Part shown: positions 54,030 through 60,425 of the stretch, one piece after another
Numbering within the stretch: position 1 is the first letter of the stretch
Layout of the letters: each line of letters starts with the position of its first letter
Assembly: GCA_026014515.1 (NCBI GenBank)
Contig: JAOZIG010000286.1
Location: 1 to 60,425 of the forward strand
Length of the DNA stretch: 60,425 nt
Reading direction: 5' to 3'
Source: Candidatus Bathyarchaeota archaeon
GTDB lineage: Archaea > Thermoproteota > Bathyarchaeia > TCS64
Notes under the pieces: generated by a model
Database searches by the model: none
Told to the model about the DNA's origin: nothing
The model's input: only the letters and a program-made list of their open reading frames with translations
Program-made: the position numbers and the translations under genes

Positions 54030-55259
54030 TCATAGCCCCTTGAGCCGCGGTACAGCCACATACATCACTGCTGCGATTATCACCATTATACCACCGAAGA
54101 CACTCTGGGCGAAAACCGCTCCATATGCTTCAGCCAAAGTGCCCAATGTAAAGCTGCCAACGACACCGAACCCTATGCTGAGCTGCCATATGCCCATAGC
54201 CCTACCTCGTTGCTCTTCATCAACGTTCAACTGTAATAGTATCTGTGACATGGCGTCATGACCTGCTGCAGAGACCCCTACTACTCCAATGAATATCAAC
54301 GCAAGGGCATACACTGGAGTGTTTGCGTAGAGGACTAATCCTACTCCGAACATGAGGAACATCCCGATGAGGAGTTTTCCCTTGTGTTTGAAGTCTCCAA
54401 GGCTGGCTAGGGCTAGACCAGCTAACAAGCCTCCTCCTGATCTGAATGCGTTTATCATTCCGTTTCCAACTGCGCCTACCTTTAGTATATCTCGGGCGAA
54501 AACCGGTACAAGTACTGGGAATGAGAACCCGAACATTTCGCATGTTGCTGCCATCACCATTAAGGCGAGTATGATCCTGTTTTTCAGGACTAGTTGGATT
54601 CCTTCCTTTAGGTTTCTCCATATTGATAGCTGCTGGGCGGCTCTCTTGGTTTCAATGTCTTTGATTAATCCTACTAGGAGGATTGCGAAGATGAATAACC
54701 CTGAGAGTGCATAGAATGGGTATTCTTTTCCAAAGAACTCGATTATCAGTCCTGCCATGGCTCCTCCGAATATGCCTATTCCTCTCATTCCTACTGCGTT
54801 GAGGGATATGCCGTTCATCGCGTTTTCTCTTCCCACAATATCCACGATGAATGATTGACGGGATGGGTTCTCGAAGGTTCTTATGATTCCCCTTATGAAA
54901 ATCAACGCTAATGCATGGTATAACTGGATTAACCCTGTTGTGATAAGGAACCCGAAGAGAAGACCACAGATCGCGTATAGAATATAGCATAATATCAGCA
55001 ATCTCCTGCGGGCCATCTTATCCGCTGTCGCTCCACCTACCATCCCGAATAATAGGTTCGGGGAGGAACGTACCGCCCAGAACAACCCTAAGGAGAGCGG
55101 TGAGTCTGTTAATTCGAGAACAAGCCACCCAGATGAGACATCCATGAACATGTCTCCGAGAGATGCTGTTATGGTGGTTAGAAATAGCAGCGAGAAGCTC
55201 TTGTTTTTGAAGGGCGTGTACATTTGCCTCAAACCTTCAATCCGCTTCTCTTCTGTCAA
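54030..55259 (-). CDS. MFS transporter
   Basis: 409 aa with about 12 hydrophobic helices. The GGATADKMARRR loop between TM2 and TM3 is typical of MFS. Confidence 0.85.
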   Translation of the reverse strand: MTEEKRIEGLRQMYTPFKNKSFSLLFLTTITASLGDMFMDVSSGWLVLELTDSPLSLGLFWAVRSSPNLLFGMVGGATADKMARRRLLILCYILYAICGLLFGFLITTGLIQLYHALALIFIRGIIRTFENPSRQSFIVDIVGRENAMNGISLNAVGMRGIGIFGGAMAGLIIEFFGKEYPFYALSGLFIFAILLVGLIKDIETKRAAQQLSIWRNLKEGIQLVLKNRIILALMVMAATCEMFGFSFPVLVPVFARDILKVGAVGNGMINAFRSGGGLLAGLALASLGDFKHKGKLLIGMFLMFGVGLVLYANTPVYALALIFIGVVGVSAAGHDAMSQILLQLNVDEEQRGRAMGIWQLSIGFGVVGSFTLGTLAEAYGAVFAQSVFGGIMVIIAAVMYVAVPRLKGL

Positions 55260-55377
55260 TAATTCTCACCTAGAATAGAACCTGATACAGTGTTGGGTGA
55301 TTAAAAATACAACGATTCGTTTTGACTGATCTTTAATACATCTAACATTATTATCCCTTAATTTCGAGTCGAGACAT

Positions 55378-57123
55378 ATGAAAGACAGGCATTTACTGGT
55401 TGACGTGGCGCTTGACAGACTCCATGCAGACAAGGTTGTTGTAAACGGGGAGTTCCTTGACGTAGCCACTGGACGTATCAGAAAAGACGTGAACATAGCC
55501 ATCAAGGGAGCACGCATCGCTAAGATAGGCAACGTTGATGACACCATTGGACCAGAAACAAAGGTAATTGATGCAACTGGAATGACGGTTACACCAGGAC
55601 TCGTTGACAGTCACTACCACATCGAGTCATCAAGACTGAGTCCAAGAAGACACGCCCAGCTAACCCTCCCCTATGGCACTACATCCCTGTTTGAGGGCAG
55701 CCACGAGTTAGCTAACTGTCTTGGTCTCGACGGAATCAAGTACTTCCTTGATGAGGCAAAAGACCTTCCACAGAGAATCTATATAGCATTGAGTTCTGCC
55801 ACTCCCCCTACACCCTTTGAGCGTACAGGCGGATACATTGGTGGAGTGGAGGCTCGTGAGGCGCTCCAGTGGGAAAACGTGGCTGGCATCGGTGAGATCA
55901 TGGATTACACGAACCTGTTTGGTCACGAGGAACGATTATGGGAGGTTATGAAGGCTGGTTTGGAGGCAGGAAAGCTTCTTGAAGGACACGGTACCCCGTT
56001 GCCGCCTGAGGCTGATGCCTTCATGGCGACTGGTATCACCTCCACTCACTTCAGCGGTGATCCTGAGAGGGCTTTGGAGCTTCTTGCGCGTGGCTGTTTC
56101 CTTGAGGTTAAGGGTAGGGATAGTCAGGATGCTATCCGTGGACTTGTTGACGCTGGTATCGATTGGCAGATGGTGGGTATCTGTGTTGATGACCGTCCAG
56201 CTGAGCTTACCCGTAAGATTGGTTTGCTTGATTATGAGATGCGTAAGGTGATGGAGGCTGGTTTAGACCCTATTACGACTTATCAGTTGGCTACTATCAA
56301 TAATGCGCGTCACTGGCATCTTGAGCATGATATCGGTTTGGTGGCTCCGGGCAGATACGCTGACATGCTCTTCATCTCTGATCTTGAGAAGATCAAGATC
56401 GATAAGGTCTTCACAGGCGGAGAGATGGTCGCTGAAAAGGGTAAGCTTACCGTTGATATCAGCATTCCACCGGCACCAGCCTATGTGCGACACAGCATCA
56501 AGATACCTAAACCATTGATCGCTGAAGACTTCAGAGTCAAGTCACCATACAATAGAGATACTGTTAATGCTGCTGTCTTGCCTGCTCGATACTTCAGCGA
56601 TGACCTAGCGCCAATCACGACAACGCTACCTGTGAAAGATGGTATTGTTCAACGTGATCTGAGCCGGGACATCAACAAGATCGCTATTGTCAATAGACAT
56701 GGCAAGGGATTGGGTGTCTCATTCTGGAAGGTTGGTTACCAGAGAGGCGCAGTTGCAACTAGTGTTCTTCATGACAGTCATAATATCTCGGTTATTGGCG
56801 CGAATGACGCTGATATGGCGGCTGCCGTGAACCGCGTCGCTGAGATCGAGGGCGGTATCGTAGTGGTTGATGATGGGAAGGTTATGGCTGAGATTTCATT
56901 GCCTATCGGTGGCATCATGACTGATCGCCCGCTGGATGAGGTGGTTGCTGCTTTGGACAAGATAAACATGGAAGCAGACAAACTGGAGCCCGGTGAGCTT
57001 GGAGACCACCCTGTGGACTCACAGACGTTTATCTTCCTCACTTGTTTCCCTTGGGGTATCGTCTTAACTGATCTTGGGTTATATAATGCCCGGACCGGTG
57101 AGAAGATTCCAGCAGTATGGTGA
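55378..57123 (+). CDS. ade: Adenine deaminase (amidohydrolase superfamily)
   Basis: 581 aa. PGLVDSHYHIESS metal-binding motif, and a length and C-terminal domain typical of Ade. Confidence 0.85.
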   Translation: MKDRHLLVDVALDRLHADKVVVNGEFLDVATGRIRKDVNIAIKGARIAKIGNVDDTIGPETKVIDATGMTVTPGLVDSHYHIESSRLSPRRHAQLTLPYGTTSLFEGSHELANCLGLDGIKYFLDEAKDLPQRIYIALSSATPPTPFERTGGYIGGVEAREALQWENVAGIGEIMDYTNLFGHEERLWEVMKAGLEAGKLLEGHGTPLPPEADAFMATGITSTHFSGDPERALELLARGCFLEVKGRDSQDAIRGLVDAGIDWQMVGICVDDRPAELTRKIGLLDYEMRKVMEAGLDPITTYQLATINNARHWHLEHDIGLVAPGRYADMLFISDLEKIKIDKVFTGGEMVAEKGKLTVDISIPPAPAYVRHSIKIPKPLIAEDFRVKSPYNRDTVNAAVLPARYFSDDLAPITTTLPVKDGIVQRDLSRDINKIAIVNRHGKGLGVSFWKVGYQRGAVATSVLHDSHNISVIGANDADMAAAVNRVAEIEGGIVVVDDGKVMAEISLPIGGIMTDRPLDEVVAALDKINMEADKLEPGELGDHPVDSQTFIFLTCFPWGIVLTDLGLYNARTGEKIPAVW

Positions 57124-57191
57124 TCCATACTCACATTTTGTGATTGCCATTGTTGAGTCTATATTATAAACAAAATAGCCTCAGATAGACT

Positions 57192-58961
57192 ATGGACCCT
57201 GATGTTTCACCCCTAATATCCGAGCTAGAATCAACAATACCTAAACTAATGGATGAGAACAAGATCAACGGATACAGCGTAGCCATTGTGGGCTCTTCTG
57301 GGCGATTATGGTCCAAAGGTTACGGCTACGCGGATCACGCCTTGAACCCTGTCTCATCAAGCACCAGGTTCATGATTGGAAGCCTCAGCAAAGCCTACAC
57401 AGCGACAGCGTTCCTCAGAGCAGTCCAAGCGGGGCTCGTTGGTCTTGATGACCGGCTTATTGATTATTATCCTGAGTTTAACTGGAAGACGAGATACGGT
57501 GAAGATCAGCGTGGAAAGGTTACTTTTCGTCACTTGTTGACTCATTGGGCTGGGCTTCAGCACAACGCTGATACTAGGTTACCAACAGGAGGCTACTGTG
57601 ATTACCCTGAGTACATGGCTAGAGTCAAACATATGTGGCAAAAGTATCCTGTTGGCACCCGATTCTCCTACTCCAACATAGGATTTGACTTGGTTGCCGC
57701 TGCTCTCCAAGAGATAACGGGAATGAGCTTTGACGACTGGATGCGGGAACAAGTCTACAAGCCACTAGGGATGAAAACGAGTACGACAAGCTCGGTTAAG
57801 GCTCTCAAGGGCTCTGATGTGGCTTGGGGGCATTTCGGTGAGTCCGAGTTTAGCTATATGGACACGATTACTCCTCAGATAGCATCGGGGGCTCAGTACT
57901 GTAGCGTTGATGATATGTCGGGTTTCATCGCTATGCATCTGAACGGCGGCATAGTTGATGGTGAACAATATCTTGATCCCAGTCTTCTCGAGGAAGTCTA
58001 CACCATCCCATACCGAGATATGTACCAGTTGATGGCTATTGGAATGGGTATTGGGGTCAGGCGTTTCAAATACCATGGAGAACTTTTCCTCAGCTTCTTT
58101 GGAGATGGACCGGGGTATCTCTCGCTTCATCAAATGTTCCCTCGTTTAGGCGTCGGTTGGGTGATGTCCTGTAACCAGTCGGTTGACTCTTTCCAGTTGC
58201 TTGGCTCTGTAGCCTCAAAAATTGAGGAGTATATGGTTGAGGCTAAGCTCGGTGAATTACCGCCTAACGTGAATGCTGGTGATCAGATTCCTCAACGTGA
58301 CTCTGTAGTGGTTGATCCTATCCCTCTAGATCGGTTATCTGGGCGATACGTATCGAGGATGAGCAACATCAATGTACAGCATCAGGATGGAACTCTTGGA
58401 TTCCAGTGGCAGGGAAAACCATGCAACCTGAAACCATACTCAGCCACAGAGTACACATCAGAGACAGTTCCACTAATCACCTTTGATTTAGACGAAACGG
58501 GAAGACCATTAACGGTCAAGGTTCTACCCGAGAACGGCTACACCACTGTGTTGGACTATGATGGCGGTCCATCAGACCCAGTTGGACCCGATAAACCAGA
58601 GTGGAGCCAGTACCTTGGCTACTATATGTATGATTACGGTGTTCTCTGCTGGTATTACTCGGTGCAGGTGGTTGATGGTTACCTGTTCCTCTTCACGGGA
58701 CGAGACGGGTTCAGGTTACGAGAACACGAGCCAGATCTCTTCTTCACATCAGACAATCAGAGCGTAGAGTTCACCTCGAACGCTATGATTCTTCCAGACG
58801 GAGTCTACAGACGAGAGAATCCATCATTGGAGAAGCTCATGGAAGCTAAACCAGATGAAATCAGGCTTCACACCTCCAGTCTCAATAGTCTAGTCGGGAT
58901 TCTTACACGTACTGGGCGTATTGAAGAGGCTGAAGAGATCAAGAATACCTTCAATCTTTAA
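57192..58961 (+). CDS. Serine hydrolase, beta-lactamase/PBP (class C-like) family with a C-terminal extension
   Basis: 589 aa. SxxK motif (GSLSKAYTA) and YSN motif (FSYSNIGF). The extra C-terminal domain is about 230 aa. Confidence 0.8.
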   Translation: MDPDVSPLISELESTIPKLMDENKINGYSVAIVGSSGRLWSKGYGYADHALNPVSSSTRFMIGSLSKAYTATAFLRAVQAGLVGLDDRLIDYYPEFNWKTRYGEDQRGKVTFRHLLTHWAGLQHNADTRLPTGGYCDYPEYMARVKHMWQKYPVGTRFSYSNIGFDLVAAALQEITGMSFDDWMREQVYKPLGMKTSTTSSVKALKGSDVAWGHFGESEFSYMDTITPQIASGAQYCSVDDMSGFIAMHLNGGIVDGEQYLDPSLLEEVYTIPYRDMYQLMAIGMGIGVRRFKYHGELFLSFFGDGPGYLSLHQMFPRLGVGWVMSCNQSVDSFQLLGSVASKIEEYMVEAKLGELPPNVNAGDQIPQRDSVVVDPIPLDRLSGRYVSRMSNINVQHQDGTLGFQWQGKPCNLKPYSATEYTSETVPLITFDLDETGRPLTVKVLPENGYTTVLDYDGGPSDPVGPDKPEWSQYLGYYMYDYGVLCWYYSVQVVDGYLFLFTGRDGFRLREHEPDLFFTSDNQSVEFTSNAMILPDGVYRRENPSLEKLMEAKPDEIRLHTSSLNSLVGILTRTGRIEEAEEIKNTFNL

Positions 58962-58995
58962 TCACAGCCTTTTATCTGACCCAGACTAACCATAT

Positions 58996-60351
58996 TTGGT
59001 GTCTAGTCTGCGGATCAGAGAGTTCTTCGTACTTGGTTTGTTACTGTTGGTGTTTACTCCCGTTGTTAGTGGTGGTTATGTTCCATACCGTGAGGAGTAT
59101 GGCATCTACAAGCTTGATATCGAGACCGGTGAAACGCAGCTAGTCTACTCAAGCCCACAGGAGATCACTAACATCGACCTGAGCCCAGATGGAACCAAGT
59201 TTGCGTTATGCATGTACCATGGAGACGGCTACGAGTACTCCGAGATATACACCATGAACATCGACAGCACAGGACTCACACGCCTCACTGATAACACAGG
59301 CTGGGACCTATACCCAAACTGGAGTCCAGATGGCTCCGAGTTCGTGTTTCTCTCATGGCGAGACTCATCCCTTGACATATACAAGATGAACTCAGATGGA
59401 AGTAACCAGAGACTTCTCTACGACTCAGGTGGACATGACGCTGACCTAGACTGGGTTGGCGACCACATCGTATTCACCCGTGACAGCCAGATATGGATGA
59501 TGAACAGCGACGGCTCAGACGTACATCAGCTCACTGATCCCCCGAATGCAGGGGTTTGGGGTGACTCTGTGTTGCCTTTCGGTGACTATGATCCCCGTAT
59601 CAGCCCTGATGGCTCGTTGGTTGTGTTTGAGCGACTGGTTGATGATATGACAGAGCATGGGAACTATGAACTCTTCATAATCGGCATTGATGGTGAGGGC
59701 GAGCATAATATTACTGGTACTGGTTGGACTCAGGGAATCGCCCAGTGGAGCAGCACCGGCGAGGAACTGATCTACTTGGTTAGCGCTATGGGTGAGGAGG
59801 GAAGATACGATATTTTCAAGATTAATGTGGATGGCAGTGGAGTGACTGATCTTACCTCTGAGCATTATCCCCCGGGATTCATAGCACACCACCCGATTTA
59901 CGCTGGCGACGACTCCAATGTATATTTCGTTGGACAGTGGTGGAACTGGGCGGTATTGGACTCAACTTTGACCTGTTCATTATCCAAGAGTACAGCGACT
60001 TTGGGCGATTTCATCATTATATCGTCTGAAGTCCAGCCAGAGATCCACGGTATCGAAGCAAAGATAACCATAACTGAGCCCGAGAGCTCCAAGACAATTG
60101 ATACAGTCATCTTTGAGGATGGCACGTATCAACTCACCTATATTCCCGAGAAGGTGGGTGAATACAGTGTTCAAGTTGAATGGGAAGGCGACCTTGGGCA
60201 CCATGGCTCAACAAGTGCTGCTGTTGGGTTTACTGTTGAGGAGAGACTTCCTTCTGATGAAGGGATTCCCGGATACCCAGTAACCGCTTTACTTCTGGGG
60301 TTAGCAATGTATCTAGTTTCACGTAGACACTCTTATCAGCGGAAAAAATAG
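58996..60351 (+). CDS. Secreted TolB-like beta-propeller protein with an Ig-like domain and a PGF-CTERM-like anchor
   Basis: 451 aa with a TTG start and a signal peptide (FFVLGLLLLVFTPVVSGG). PD40-type repeats (LSPDGTKFAL, WSPDGSEFVF, ISPDGSLVVF, WSSTGEELIY). C-terminal EGIPGYPVTALLLGLAMYLVSRRH. Confidence 0.8.
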   Translation: MVSSLRIREFFVLGLLLLVFTPVVSGGYVPYREEYGIYKLDIETGETQLVYSSPQEITNIDLSPDGTKFALCMYHGDGYEYSEIYTMNIDSTGLTRLTDNTGWDLYPNWSPDGSEFVFLSWRDSSLDIYKMNSDGSNQRLLYDSGGHDADLDWVGDHIVFTRDSQIWMMNSDGSDVHQLTDPPNAGVWGDSVLPFGDYDPRISPDGSLVVFERLVDDMTEHGNYELFIIGIDGEGEHNITGTGWTQGIAQWSSTGEELIYLVSAMGEEGRYDIFKINVDGSGVTDLTSEHYPPGFIAHHPIYAGDDSNVYFVGQWWNWAVLDSTLTCSLSKSTATLGDFIIISSEVQPEIHGIEAKITITEPESSKTIDTVIFEDGTYQLTYIPEKVGEYSVQVEWEGDLGHHGSTSAAVGFTVEERLPSDEGIPGYPVTALLLGLAMYLVSRRHSYQRKK

Positions 60352-60425
60352 ACTATCTTCTAAGTTGTCTGAAGGTAAACCCAGAATACCCCCAGCGCTG
60401 GTACTATTCCTACTATCCCCGGCTA

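Noticed and set aside
1-60425. CRISPR arrays, transposases, integrases, toxin-antitoxin or restriction-modification style defence genes
   Set aside because: I scanned the ORF translations and intergenic regions. There are no direct-repeat/spacer arrays, no DDE/tyrosine/serine recombinase motifs and no methyltransferase or nuclease signatures, so the window looks like core chromosome.

Overview
This looks like an archaeal chromosomal segment of moderate GC content. The evidence is an archaeal-type RNase P RNA, archaeal-type phosphoglycerate kinase, two tRNAs, PGF-CTERM-like surface anchors, AT-rich TATA-like intergenic regions and oligo-T tracts after genes. I saw no CRISPR array, transposase, integrase or prophage signal. 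Most of the window is densely packed housekeeping and catabolic genes: guaB, pgk, adenine deaminase, a PyrI-PyrE fusion, an XPD-like helicase, a peroxiredoxin/nitroreductase/disulfide-reductase island, M20/M24/S49 peptidases, CoA-transferase, a molybdopterin oxidoreductase and an MFS transporter. There are also many large secreted or membrane-anchored proteins. The stand-out is a five-gene module at about 38.6-47.0 kb. (1) An 890-aa FtsZ/tubulin-superfamily GTPase has intact GLGGAGTN and GGGTGSG motifs, and its fold appears to be interrupted by a coiled coil of about 440 residues. (2) A convergent 379-aa paralogue keeps tubulin-like landmarks, but its signature loop has degenerated to SEGACSG. 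(3-5) Three membrane or PH-like partner proteins are linked to these by start/stop overlaps. I propose it as an uncharacterised membrane-associated cytoskeletal or membrane-remodelling system. All family calls come from by-eye motif recognition; no searches were run.
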